Shown piece after piece: positions 34,934-43,621 of a stretch of 64,000 nucleotides of DNA. Each line of letters begins with the position of its first letter. Position 1 is the stretch's first letter. Below the pieces are notes generated by a model, which saw nothing but the letters and a program-made list of their open reading frames with translations, was not told where the DNA came from and made no database searches. The DNA is from a virus. The stretch spans positions 64,001 through 128,000 of IMG/VR virus record IMGVR_UViG_3300042402_007915; one strand, given 5' to 3'. The translations under genes were made by a program, and so were the position numbers.

Positions 34934-35369
34934 TACTGAACAGTCTCCCCTGAATTTTAGAATCTCTGATATCTTTAGAATCAAAAGTAATTATGGGGCA
35001 ATCACTCACAGCCACCCAATCCGCTACAAAGAAGAAGTTATCTTCGTAGAGTCGAAAGATCCGACTAACAAAACGAGAGTGTGAAGTATGGTCTCCAAGG
35101 TAAGCTGCAATGATTTCGGGCATCCAAAAGTCATAGTCCAAACACTCAGGTACAGCAGGAGCTAAGTCCCATCTACGGGAATAATTGTTCCAGCCCTTAC
35201 GGCGCAAGCCCTCTAGCTGCTGGCAACTTGAAATTCCATTAGCCCAAACAAGAGCACTCTCAATCCGAAGAGAAATTTCTTTCTGCTTATCCTGCGGAAC
35301 ATTAGGGACAGCGTAAATCGGGCCCCAAATATTCTCTCTCAAGGTCTCCAAATTAAGTTTCAGGGACAT
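34914..35369 (-). CDS. KLNL-W leader family protein (member 8)
   Basis: Leader MSLKLNLETLRENIW; WANGIS...EIIAAY. Confidence 0.75.
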   Translation of the reverse strand: MSLKLNLETLRENIWGPIYAVPNVPQDKQKEISLRIESALVWANGISSCQQLEGLRRKGWNNYSRRWDLAPAVPECLDYDFWMPEIIAAYLGDHTSHSRFVSRIFRLYEDNFFFVADWVAVSDCPIITFDSKDIRDSKIQGRLFSNAYRPG

Positions 35370-35794
35370 TACTGTAAGTCATCAAGAGTGTGACGTAGGA
35401 CGAATACAAGATTCTCATCTTCGTTGTAGATAAAGGTATAAAGTCTGACCTTGTTGGCATGGAGGAGAAGGTTGTAATTTCTCCGTAAGAATTCGGTAAA
35501 CCGCATCCTTTCTTCAAGGATCTTGCCGTCTTCGGTCTCTTGAAGAACTGCTTCTAAAATTTCCGACTCTTGAAAGGTATACACCTCTTGTACGGGAGAA
35601 GGTCTATCGTCAAGTAAAACAGATCGGCCCGCTTTGGTTAGTTTTTCTTGCTTTTCCAAAGCTAACTGTAAAGAAAGTTTGTTAAGTAAGACAATCGCTC
35701 TATCAATGGCAGATGCGTAGGTAACCTCTCCAGTCAAAGACGTCTCGGTCAGCTCCCAGATAGAGCTTCTTGGGGCTTCAAAACTTAACTTCAA
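35369..35794 (-). CDS. KLNL-W leader family protein (member 7)
   Basis: Leader MKLSFEAPRSSIW; LLNKLS...EILEAV...HANKVRLYTF. Confidence 0.78.
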   Translation of the reverse strand: MKLSFEAPRSSIWELTETSLTGEVTYASAIDRAIVLLNKLSLQLALEKQEKLTKAGRSVLLDDRPSPVQEVYTFQESEILEAVLQETEDGKILEERMRFTEFLRRNYNLLLHANKVRLYTFIYNEDENLVFVLRHTLDDLQ

Positions 35795-36194
35795 AGTCGG
35801 CGCGCCTCCTCAAAAACAGAAAGAACTTATCGTACCTAATTACTTTGAAACAATAGACCTTGTAACTATGTATTGAGCTTAGATAGTACTCTCGGATTCT
35901 TTCAGGAACCCAAGAGTTAGCAAAGTTGTCCGAAGCAAGATTTGCGTCAAACACATCTTCTACGTTATCTGCTAGAAGGAAAGCGGTAACTATTGTATCT
36001 GCGTTCTTGTCATCTTCAGGGGGAGACCCAATGTCTGGATTCATTATTTGTCTGCCTCTAGCTTCGGCTTCGTAAACGCAGATTTTGTTTAGCTCTTCAA
36101 GAACAGGGTCTGCAAACTCAGGGGGCAAACGCTGCTGAGACATTTCCAACGCGTCCCAAACCCCTCCCTTTGCTGACTCAAGATTAAGTTTCAC
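35778..36194 (-). CDS. KLNL-W leader family protein (member 6)
   Basis: Leader MKLNLESAKGGVW; ELNKIC...YLSSIHSYKVYCF. Confidence 0.78.
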   Translation of the reverse strand: MKLNLESAKGGVWDALEMSQQRLPPEFADPVLEELNKICVYEAEARGRQIMNPDIGSPPEDDKNADTIVTAFLLADNVEDVFDANLASDNFANSWVPERIREYYLSSIHSYKVYCFKVIRYDKFFLFLRRRADFEVKF

Positions 36195-36559
36195 TAGCGA
36201 GGCTTACCGAGTGAGTAATAGATCTTGCCGTCTCGCTCAAAGAAGTGCCAACGGGTAGAATAAGTGTAGAGGTTGGATATTCTATCTCTAATCTGAGCAT
36301 CCTTCTCTTTCGAGTCCTTGCCTCCAAAAAAAGCATCCCAAGCAAACTCCAAATCACAAAAGGCAGCTCCTAAAAGCTCGGGATCTCTGACCGAAGGCGA
36401 AGTCTTTGTTGTCCTATGTAGGAAATAGAACTCTGAGAGATTGTTAAACCAAGTAAGAAGACGCGACAAGTTTTCAGGGCTTTTTTCATATTTGGAATCA
36501 AAAGCTTCAGGAGCAGTACCCCAAACACTACTTCTCTCAAGGTCAAGATTGAGTTTCAT
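36194..36559 (-). CDS. KLNL-W leader family protein (member 5)
   Basis: Leader MKLNLDLERSSVW; WFNNLS. Confidence 0.78.
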   Translation of the reverse strand: MKLNLDLERSSVWGTAPEAFDSKYEKSPENLSRLLTWFNNLSEFYFLHRTTKTSPSVRDPELLGAAFCDLEFAWDAFFGGKDSKEKDAQIRDRISNLYTYSTRWHFFERDGKIYYSLGKPR

Positions 36560-36921
36560 CGATCATGCCTGTAGGCAGTAAATCCTGAACTCGTCCGCCT
36601 TGCCGTATAAAGTTTGACTTGATGTCTATGCACAGAATGGCAATAAAGCTCTTGAATCTTATGAAATAGGCGTAAATCATCTTTCCCGTCAAAGGCGGCA
36701 AGAACCTCTGCTGTGGTAAAGCTGTCTCTCATCAAACTAGGATAGGGCCGCGCATCAATTGCGACGTTCAACTCGGCGGCTCTTTTTTGAGCAAGCGTAT
36801 AAAGTAGGCCGTTAAGATAGACAAGGAGTTCAACACTCTTTTGTTGTTCTTGCTCTTGTGGAGTGAGCTCAGGCAAAGTATGCCAAATAGAAGATGGTTC
36901 CCCAGTCAAATTAAGTTTCAA
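36556..36921 (-). CDS. KLNL-W leader family protein (member 4)
   Basis: Start re-called to TTG 36921: LKLNLTGEPSSIW; YLNGL...EVLAAF...YCHSVHRHQVKLY. Confidence 0.75.
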   Translation of the reverse strand: MKLNLTGEPSSIWHTLPELTPQEQEQQKSVELLVYLNGLLYTLAQKRAAELNVAIDARPYPSLMRDSFTTAEVLAAFDGKDDLRLFHKIQELYCHSVHRHQVKLYTARRTSSGFTAYRHDR

Positions 36922-37324
36922 AACTACAAGCCCACTGCCTAAAGATACGGAATTCATTCTCAGCTTCTTCAAAGACGTAAAGGTATACCTTTTCTCTGTG
37001 AACACTCGAAAGATACAAGTTCCGAATCGAAAGGATAAAACCATCCAAGGCTTCAAGGCGAAGATCTGCATCCGGAGAGGTTGATAAGTTGGCTTGTAAA
37101 GTTTCAAAAATAGATAGAATTGTATCCTTATCCCAACTGTCGATTTGGATACGAGGCTCTGTTTCATAATTGATAGAAATCTGCAACTCATCCGATCTGC
37201 GAGCAGCTTCCCCTAAGGAGAGATTATTCAAAAACTCAAGAATACTAGGAAACTCAGAGTTGGTAGAATGTGTCCTTGAAACATCCCACATAGTGGTAGG
37301 CTCTCCTTCTAGATTGAGCTTCAT
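36911..37324 (-). CDS. KLNL-W leader family protein (member 3)
   Basis: Leader MKLNLEGEPTTMW; FLNNLS...YLSSVHREKVYLY. Confidence 0.8.
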   Translation of the reverse strand: MKLNLEGEPTTMWDVSRTHSTNSEFPSILEFLNNLSLGEAARRSDELQISINYETEPRIQIDSWDKDTILSIFETLQANLSTSPDADLRLEALDGFILSIRNLYLSSVHREKVYLYVFEEAENEFRIFRQWACSFET

Positions 37325-37725
37325 TTCTCTTGTCTCCCCATGTCTAAAGATGTTTGTGTTTTCTCTCGAAAAGTATAGAGCTGTACCTCGTGGAAATGGT
37401 TTGCAGATCCATATCTTAGCCTAATCATTTCACGGAGCTGTTGATAGTGATTCCAATCTGCCAAAGTAACATCACCGACTTCAGTGGAGCCATAGGTATA
37501 AGCGCCTAAGGCCTGTGAAAGGGGCAGCTCCCTAACTGAAACAAAAGGCTCTGTCTGAAAATTGATATTCACTCCTAAACGGTTAGCTCTAAGATGGGCT
37601 TCGTCTAGAGACAATTGGTTCAAGAAAGTAATAAGCCTAGAGTGAGGAGTTTCCGGAGTCTGTGTAGTTGGTACATTCCAAAAAGAGGAGAGCTTCCCTT
37701 CAGCGGGAATAATAATGTGTACCAC
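37321..37725 (-). CDS. KLNL-W leader family protein (member 2, degenerate leader)
   Basis: Probable GTG 37725; AEGKLSSFW; FLNQLS...YGSANHFHEVQLYTF; close to member 3 (INFQTEP/INYETEP). Confidence 0.72.
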   Translation of the reverse strand: MVHIIIPAEGKLSSFWNVPTTQTPETPHSRLITFLNQLSLDEAHLRANRLGVNINFQTEPFVSVRELPLSQALGAYTYGSTEVGDVTLADWNHYQQLREMIRLRYGSANHFHEVQLYTFREKTQTSLDMGRQEK

Positions 37726-38089
37726 GCCTTCCTGCCTCGATATAATTACCGGAGACCCTAAAGACATAAGGCTTCACTCCATTGTCATGAATCGAATTGA
37801 GATACCAACTTCTTATCCTAGCGACAATATTTGTATAGGATCGAGAAGTCTGACTTTCATCCTCATAGGCTAAAAGAACGTCGCTGCGTAAAATCCCTGC
37901 AACCCAAAATGGATCAGAAGGCAGACACTCTAGTCCGCTACCTAACTGTGCAGCTCTTTCGGCTGCTAACCTGTAAGAAAGAAGACAAAGAAATTTCAGA
38001 AGCTGGTCTTCTTCATCTGATTCAGCAACGACCTGAGGTGAGGGTGCATCCCAAATGGTAGAACGTGGGGATTCAAGATTCAGTTTCAC
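37700..38089 (-). CDS. KLNL-W leader family protein (member 1)
   Basis: GTG start in GTGA overlap; leader VKLNLESPRSTIW; FLCLLS...YLNSIHDNGVKPY. Confidence 0.78.
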   Translation of the reverse strand: MKLNLESPRSTIWDAPSPQVVAESDEEDQLLKFLCLLSYRLAAERAAQLGSGLECLPSDPFWVAGILRSDVLLAYEDESQTSRSYTNIVARIRSWYLNSIHDNGVKPYVFRVSGNYIEAGRRGTHYYSR

Positions 38090-38364
38090 TTCGGTCCTCG
38101 AGTGATGTAAATTGGTGGCCTGCCCGGGCCTCCTGGCCACCAGCTTCCAGGATAGCTTGTTTCAGGCTTAAGCTTACTTGCGGCGACGCAAACGTAAACA
38201 AGAGCTGACAATAAGAACAGGCCTAAGCCCACTTCAGCCCACGTATTATCTTTGGGCTGTATCGGTTCGTGATACAGATTGCACACATGCGCATGATAAT
38301 TGTGCCCGTGAGATTGGGTTGAAATACGACTAGTAGTGTAGTGCAAATGATTAGGAGAGCTCAT
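38086..38364 (-). CDS. Small single-TM membrane protein
   Basis: ATG 38364 after AGAGGAAG; VGLGLFLLSALVYVCVAA. Confidence 0.6.
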   Translation of the reverse strand: MSSPNHLHYTTSRISTQSHGHNYHAHVCNLYHEPIQPKDNTWAEVGLGLFLLSALVYVCVAASKLKPETSYPGSWWPGGPGRPPIYITRGPK

Positions 38365-38572
38365 TTGACTTCCTCTTCTTTCTACGCGCTTTGCGGTTGA
38401 AAATAGGAGGAGGCTTGCGAACCGAGTAGCTACACAGATCTTCAAATAGTTCTGGATGGATCAGCACTGTATCAATGAAGAATGGTGTCGCAAGGGTCTC
38501 ACGGCACCACTCTCCAAATTCGGCCCTACTCTTCGGAATCGATATCGTCAAGGAAGATTGTTTCTTCTCCAT
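38351..38572 (-). CDS. Small hypothetical protein with basic C-terminus
   Basis: Fills the gap between neighbours; NRKARRKKRK tail; start uncertain. Confidence 0.4.
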   Translation of the reverse strand: MEKKQSSLTISIPKSRAEFGEWCRETLATPFFIDTVLIHPELFEDLCSYSVRKPPPIFNRKARRKKRKSNELS

Positions 38573-38825
38573 TCCAGATCCAGCTTCCAGAAACGGTGAG
38601 GCCATCATACTCCCCAATAGGCTCGCAGTACTCCTGCTCTTCAGGGTCCTCGGGCATAACGCCTTGATATACAAACGCTACCGGAAACTGACCTTCAATA
38701 CAGACGAACGAAACCCAGAAGGGCTCATCACCAGATACCGTAAAACTATGGGGAGTCATATGGAGAGGTTTGGTAGTTCCATCTTCATCGTCTCCAAACT
38801 CAGTAAACACTTCGCACTTGATCAT
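38526..38825 (-). CDS. Small highly acidic protein
   Basis: ATG 38825 after AAGGAG; 99 aa, D/E-rich. Confidence 0.65.
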   Translation of the reverse strand: MIKCEVFTEFGDDEDGTTKPLHMTPHSFTVSGDEPFWVSFVCIEGQFPVAFVYQGVMPEDPEEQEYCEPIGEYDGLTVSGSWIWNGEETIFLDDIDSEE

Positions 38826-38848
38826 GTTAGCTCCTTCTCTTGGTCCTC

Positions 38849-39511
38849 TTAGGATCCGGCAAGACGTCCAGGGAAATAGATACGAATAGAGGCTTCGTCG
38901 AACCAATCGCCAAAGCTAGTAAAGAAATCATCGCTTTCTATTTTGGCAATTATTGGTACGAATAGTTTAACGGGAGTAGGTCCGTTAGATAGGCCGCCAA
39001 GACTAGGAGGAGGGGGAGACGAATAAATTGTCTTGATCTTTCGAGGATTACTCTTAGCGGAAGTAGTCTCTCGCTCTACAGTAAACAATGCAGAAGCAGA
39101 AAGAAAAACGCCTTCATTCTTCTGTACGATTTCTACGTTTGTAATCTGTGATAAATCATTTAAGGACGAAATGCGTCTCTCATCGGTTGGGATTTCAACA
39201 TAGGGATTGATAAACGGTTCTATATCTAACCCCCAAGAAGCCACATTGCGTTCTGCATCGTAGGCTAGGTAAGGGAAATCATTGAGACAAGTTTCGGAGA
39301 AGCACTCAAAGTTGCTGACATCTTTGAGTACGTCTGCTTCAACAACCTCTAAAGCCTCGTTTAGAAACCGCGTCAAATATTCTTCGTCAACAAGCCAAAA
39401 GATATAACCTTCGTACGTCATGGTATTTGTTTCCGGACCATCTTCCAACGGAGAGTAATAACGCTTATCACAGTAAATCTGGAAGTTAGGGGCAGAACTT
39501 CTCTTTCCCAT
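38849..39511 (-). CDS. Hypothetical protein (possible second paralogue family)
   Basis: 220 aa, TAATG-coupled. Confidence 0.65.
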   Translation of the reverse strand: MGKRSSAPNFQIYCDKRYYSPLEDGPETNTMTYEGYIFWLVDEEYLTRFLNEALEVVEADVLKDVSNFECFSETCLNDFPYLAYDAERNVASWGLDIEPFINPYVEIPTDERRISSLNDLSQITNVEIVQKNEGVFLSASALFTVERETTSAKSNPRKIKTIYSSPPPPSLGGLSNGPTPVKLFVPIIAKIESDDFFTSFGDWFDEASIRIYFPGRLAGS

Positions 39512-40158
39512 TAGCCTCTTCTCTTGGGGAAGTTCGATTCCAATTGACCTGGAACATATAAATAGGCGTCACTCAGTCTATTACACATGCTATGGCGGTA
39601 AAGCAGGGCTCGCCTAATGGTGATAGAAACAGGATCTGGTAGGTGCACCTTCTGCTCGCCATGATAAACCAAATTGTCAACAGTAACTGTTGTCTTCTCG
39701 ATCCGATATCCGGGACAAGTAGTCTTAGCAACAAGACTCAACACCAAATTACCAGCAGAGCTGTATTGGTCTTCTAGGTCAATCTCGATACTTTTGAAAT
39801 CTCTAGAAAGCTCTTTGAAAGGAAGAAAGTCGCAGGCTTGACTTACCATGACTTTAAGATCTTTTTGACAGAATTTATCGACTAGATGAGCAGACATATA
39901 GAAAGAATCTTTGGCATCCGAGTGACCTCTGTAAACGAAAGAACCCAATTCCTTTTCCTCAGCTTCAGAGACTGGAAGCAGATTTGGGTATCGAGATTCA
40001 ATAAGGCTCTTCAATTCTTGGAGGAATTCTTTCTCACGACTCATCTCCAGGATGAAAAGCCTGTAATCAGAAATGCGTTTTGAACTACCTAAATCCCTAG
40101 ACAGAAACAAACTCATATCAAGGTTAAGGGCGCAAAGGCCTCTACTCGAAACACCCAT
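39511..40158 (-). CDS. Hypothetical protein (possible second paralogue family)
   Basis: 215 aa; TVTVDNLVY. Confidence 0.65.
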   Translation of the reverse strand: MGVSSRGLCALNLDMSLFLSRDLGSSKRISDYRLFILEMSREKEFLQELKSLIESRYPNLLPVSEAEEKELGSFVYRGHSDAKDSFYMSAHLVDKFCQKDLKVMVSQACDFLPFKELSRDFKSIEIDLEDQYSSAGNLVLSLVAKTTCPGYRIEKTTVTVDNLVYHGEQKVHLPDPVSITIRRALLYRHSMCNRLSDAYLYVPGQLESNFPKRRG

Positions 40159-40163
40159 GTAAG

Positions 40164-40691
40164 TCAGAACCTTCCATGCATCATATCGACGCTGTTAGCA
40201 CGAGAAAGAGTGGGAGCGTCTTGTACACGGTACATCCAATATGTGAACTTAAGTGTGGCTTGGTACCTAGTTCTAACGGCATCTTCTGCCGAGTATACAA
40301 TTCCGTCAATTGTCTTCTTGGGGCGAGAAGAGTGTTCGATTTCTGTATCCAAGTAGCCTTGAAGGAAGTAAGAAAACTGGTTTGGAGGGCATAGTGTAAT
40401 AGAAAAATCCCTAACCATGTCGTTATGTTTTAGTACAAATATAAATCTTTTTTCATCGCTAGAAAGAGCTTCAGAGCTTAAGCTACTAGGCGAATCTATT
40501 TGCCAAGTTTTATTTGGCAAAGAGATTGTTCTGTTCGTAAAGAGAGGGAAGGCTCCCTTTTCTGTTCTTTCCTTAACTTCCGTAATAAGGTCTGCGTTGA
40601 ATTGCTCAAGGTTATATTTTTCAGGATCAAATAGAAGTGGAGTTGGTGCTCTAAAGACTTCTGGGTTTAAGGTTACGCTAAGGACGCCCAT
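40164..40691 (-). CDS. Hypothetical protein (possible second paralogue family)
   Basis: 175 aa; KTIDGIVY. Confidence 0.65.
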   Translation of the reverse strand: MGVLSVTLNPEVFRAPTPLLFDPEKYNLEQFNADLITEVKERTEKGAFPLFTNRTISLPNKTWQIDSPSSLSSEALSSDEKRFIFVLKHNDMVRDFSITLCPPNQFSYFLQGYLDTEIEHSSRPKKTIDGIVYSAEDAVRTRYQATLKFTYWMYRVQDAPTLSRANSVDMMHGRF

Positions 40692-40701
40692 TCTTTACTG
40701 C

Positions 40702-41553
40702 CTAAAAGATGTATCGTATTGTCTTCGGGTCGAAGAACTCTGAATAGACTTTGGTGAAGTCAGCAATGTACTGACGCTTCAAAGACCACTTATACCTGAT
40801 GTTGTCTGGGGCGTACTCCGAATCCTTTTCCTCCTGGATGTCTGGTTTCCACAGCAAAGCACGAACGTCTTCAGAGTTCCGTTCGTGTTGGTGTTTGTTG
40901 TGCGTGAGGAAGATACATTCACATTGGGTTTTGATTCCGGCCACAGAGACTTGCCTGAACAAGTCTCTGTAGTGGTCAAGCCAGCCTGGTTCAACAATGA
41001 TCGGGCTGTAGTTAATGTGGACTTCCATGTGTTGGCTTAAGGGAAGGATAGTCTGAATACGTTTGGCAATAGGGTCTGTGCCTAGCTCCAGTACGTCAGA
41101 ATAGGCCTGAGGCATTAGGCTTACCCTGAGTCGATGCCTTTCTGGGGCGAGCTCATAAGCTTCAGGATTGAACCTGGAGGGATACTTAGTAGCGAAGGTG
41201 CTCTTGAGGTCTGCACTGGCATTGAAGAACTGAAATACTGGACGCCAATCATACAACCGAGACATGAGAGGAACGTCCGTACTGCAGCCAATATCAATAG
41301 TGTAATACTTTGGATCTACTTGATTAGGTATCTTGGCTAGAGGCTGTGTATCGCGCCACCTCTTTATGCTCTCAAGGATCTGTTCTACATTCTCATTGAA
41401 ATAAACCTTATCAAAGTTATACCGACCAACATAGCAATAAGACCGCATGCAGCCGCCAAGACACCCATAAATGAAGTTGGGTGAGATGGCGTCTGAGCTG
41501 CGGCCGTTATCCCTAGTAGTTAGAGTCTTTGTCTTTTGATGGATTAATTTCAT
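40702..41553 (-). CDS. splB: Spore photoproduct lyase (SplB)-like radical SAM protein
   Basis: SSDAISP...GCLGGCMRSYCY, PNQVDPKYYTIDIGCSTD, FATKY, RLRVSLMPQ, VHINYSPII. Confidence 0.8.
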   Translation of the reverse strand: MKLIHQKTKTLTTRDNGRSSDAISPNFIYGCLGGCMRSYCYVGRYNFDKVYFNENVEQILESIKRWRDTQPLAKIPNQVDPKYYTIDIGCSTDVPLMSRLYDWRPVFQFFNASADLKSTFATKYPSRFNPEAYELAPERHRLRVSLMPQAYSDVLELGTDPIAKRIQTILPLSQHMEVHINYSPIIVEPGWLDHYRDLFRQVSVAGIKTQCECIFLTHNKHQHERNSEDVRALLWKPDIQEEKDSEYAPDNIRYKWSLKRQYIADFTKVYSEFFDPKTIRYIF

Positions 41554-41869
41554 AAGAATGCATCTTCACCCTAACGTTAAGAATTGCATTGACAGCCAAG
41601 AAAGCAGCAAGCAGAAAGTACAACAAGAAAGTCCAGAGATTCAAAGCAAAAACACTAAGTGCGAAAATAGCAACTGCTTGAATCGGTCCCAAGATCAAGA
41701 AGAGCATGAAGAGCAAACTACCTTCGTAGTGCAATTTCATATTTTCAGCCCTATCGCTATAAGAGTACAGAAGGAATCCTAATCCAAAATGGATGTTTAG
41801 AATAAGGTTGGAGATCGTATTGAAGACTCTGCTGACTTTCGTAAGTAGGTTGAAGTGCTCAGTTTTCAA
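41513..41869 (-). CDS. Small multi-TM membrane protein
   Basis: Three hydrophobic stretches. Confidence 0.55.
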   Translation of the reverse strand: MKTEHFNLLTKVSRVFNTISNLILNIHFGLGFLLYSYSDRAENMKLHYEGSLLFMLFLILGPIQAVAIFALSVFALNLWTFLLYFLLAAFLAVNAILNVRVKMHSYEINPSKDKDSNY

Positions 41870-42119
41870 AGTTGTTTAGCTCCTCCTGTAGTGGCATTGG
41901 GAACACGCGGTAATACAAAGAACGAGCCAAGACGTAAGGCACCCAGATCGGAGAGGCGAGGATAATCAGGAACCAGAACAGAACGATCGAGAAAGGATTC
42001 TCGTCTCGCTTGGCAGACTCAACAAGCCAACTCCAAAAGGAGAGGCACCCCCCAAGGAGGACGGACACGAACTTCTTCTGCACGAAAGAACTCCTATGGT
42101 TTGTTTGGAGACCAGACAT
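41859..42119 (-). CDS. Small membrane protein
   Basis: SIVLFWFLIILASPIWVPYVLA. Confidence 0.55.
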   Translation of the reverse strand: MSGLQTNHRSSFVQKKFVSVLLGGCLSFWSWLVESAKRDENPFSIVLFWFLIILASPIWVPYVLARSLYYRVFPMPLQEELNNFEN

Positions 42120-42576
42120 TCAGAGTCAGAGGCGACTCTAGTCTAGCCAAAGTTGAAAACCGAAGAATCTTCCCAGGAATAAGAGAACCATGAGAAGCTT
42201 GACTGATGAAATTAGTACTAAATTCTTCTCGGCAATAAATCTCTGCCGGTGTGATGCCGTCGACAAAGTCTCTGTGAATCAAAACCTTACGAGAATCACA
42301 AGTATAACTTTGTGCTACAGACCAGTAAGCAATAGGCTTGTCGTAAAAAACAAGTGAAGTATCGTGATAACCTGCACCATTAGTCGGATAGTAATTCTCT
42401 TCGGAAACAAGAAATAGACATGAACTTTGGGGTCCAGAACATCCAGAATATAAAGGCGGAACAGCGTTCGAAGAAAGGTGCTTCTCAATCCGCTCTGTAA
42501 CTTCTTGCAGAGCTTCCTCTTGGTGTTCCTGGAGGAAGAGAAGATCACGGAAACCCCACCTAGGATGGGGTTCCAT
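42094..42576 (-). CDS. Hypothetical protein
   Basis: 160-aa ORF in the co-oriented block. Confidence 0.6.
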   Translation of the reverse strand: MEPHPRWGFRDLLFLQEHQEEALQEVTERIEKHLSSNAVPPLYSGCSGPQSSCLFLVSEENYYPTNGAGYHDTSLVFYDKPIAYWSVAQSYTCDSRKVLIHRDFVDGITPAEIYCREEFSTNFISQASHGSLIPGKILRFSTLARLESPLTLNVWSPNKP

Positions 42577-42638
42577 TAAGTTACAAGGGAAGATAAAATG
42601 GAGCCTTCTATAAGTTGTCTTAACTCCGAGATCCAGGC

Positions 42639-43331
42639 TCAGGGGAGTGTCTGCGAATTACAAATTAAATGAATAGTATTTTTTGAATCAGGTTCCACTT
42701 CACAGAAACAAGAATCTAGTCTTACATATCCTTTTACATATGCGACCGTTGAGGGGGAATAAAATACCTTACCATTGAGTGTTATTGTCTCTTGCTCCCC
42801 CCTCGCTCGCAAGGTAGCGGGGCAGATAGCAGTAAAATAGATTGAGTGATTCTTGACGTTACATACGAGATGAATTGGATCTTCAATCTTTTCAACCCAC
42901 GCTTCCGGACGCGAAACATACCAATAATTATGCTCAGTGCCGTATCCTGGATAACCCGCAAACCCATACCACTTTGAAATACCAAGCTTTGATAAATCAG
43001 CTACAGAGTTTCTGCACTCATAAACTGAATTGGAGCTACTTACAACGGTAGGGGTTACCGTTCTTGCAAGTAAGTCGAAAAGAGTACTATGTGCGCTTGA
43101 AGCATTATCATTTATCTTTGCTCTGCAAACCTCCAAGAGAGATTCAAGAAGCTTTGACTGCGCGTCCTTGCGGACACTAAGGTAGGTTTTTGAATCCCTA
43201 ATCAAATCTGGAGAAAGAATCCTTGGCACATTAACCTTAAAAGTAACCTGAGATTGATTGGCGAGTTCCTGCTTTGTCCTTGGAAAATCAAAGCAAGAAA
43301 GCAAAGAGGCACCAATAGGGGTCCTTTCCAT
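42639..43331 (-). CDS. Hypothetical protein (possible second paralogue family)
   Basis: ATG 43331 after AAGGAG; TITLNGKVFY. Confidence 0.65.
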   Translation of the reverse strand: MERTPIGASLLSCFDFPRTKQELANQSQVTFKVNVPRILSPDLIRDSKTYLSVRKDAQSKLLESLLEVCRAKINDNASSAHSTLFDLLARTVTPTVVSSSNSVYECRNSVADLSKLGISKWYGFAGYPGYGTEHNYWYVSRPEAWVEKIEDPIHLVCNVKNHSIYFTAICPATLRARGEQETITLNGKVFYSPSTVAYVKGYVRLDSCFCEVEPDSKNTIHLICNSQTLP

Positions 43332-43342
43332 GACTGGCTCCT

Positions 43343-43618
43343 TCAAGCGCTAATTTCAATCGATGCGATACAATCAGTGATAGAAATAAAAAACCCAAAC
43401 CAAGTCAAGCAGAAGACCTCTTGAGGTCCTCTGGAGAAATTTGGAATGGGTGATAGTGGGTATGTGGGAAGCTCCCAGCCCCAGCCTAGAGAGTAAAGGG
43501 TACTTTCGTACTTAGCCGTAACGCGAACAGCAAATAGTAGCCGCGCTGCTTTTTGGTAGAACGCTCCTACTCGTAAATCCTTGAAGTATGGAACCTTAAC
43601 GGTCTTACCCCAGAACAT
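43343..43618 (-). CDS. Hypothetical protein
   Basis: 91-aa ORF filling the block. Confidence 0.5.
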   Translation of the reverse strand: MFWGKTVKVPYFKDLRVGAFYQKAARLLFAVRVTAKYESTLYSLGWGWELPTYPLSPIPNFSRGPQEVFCLTWFGFFISITDCIASIEISA

Positions 43619-43621
43619 TGG

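Noticed and set aside
36922-37191. N-terminal 90 aa of the 211-aa ORF 36556..37191
   Set aside because: Fully overlaps member 3 in another frame; the family leader marks the true start at TTG 36921
32033-38089. Array considered as a CRISPR array, integron cassettes or DGR target
   Set aside because: Repeats are conserved at protein level and degenerate in DNA; no intergenic attC-like palindromes, integrase, reverse transcriptase or adenine-specific TR/VR pair seen
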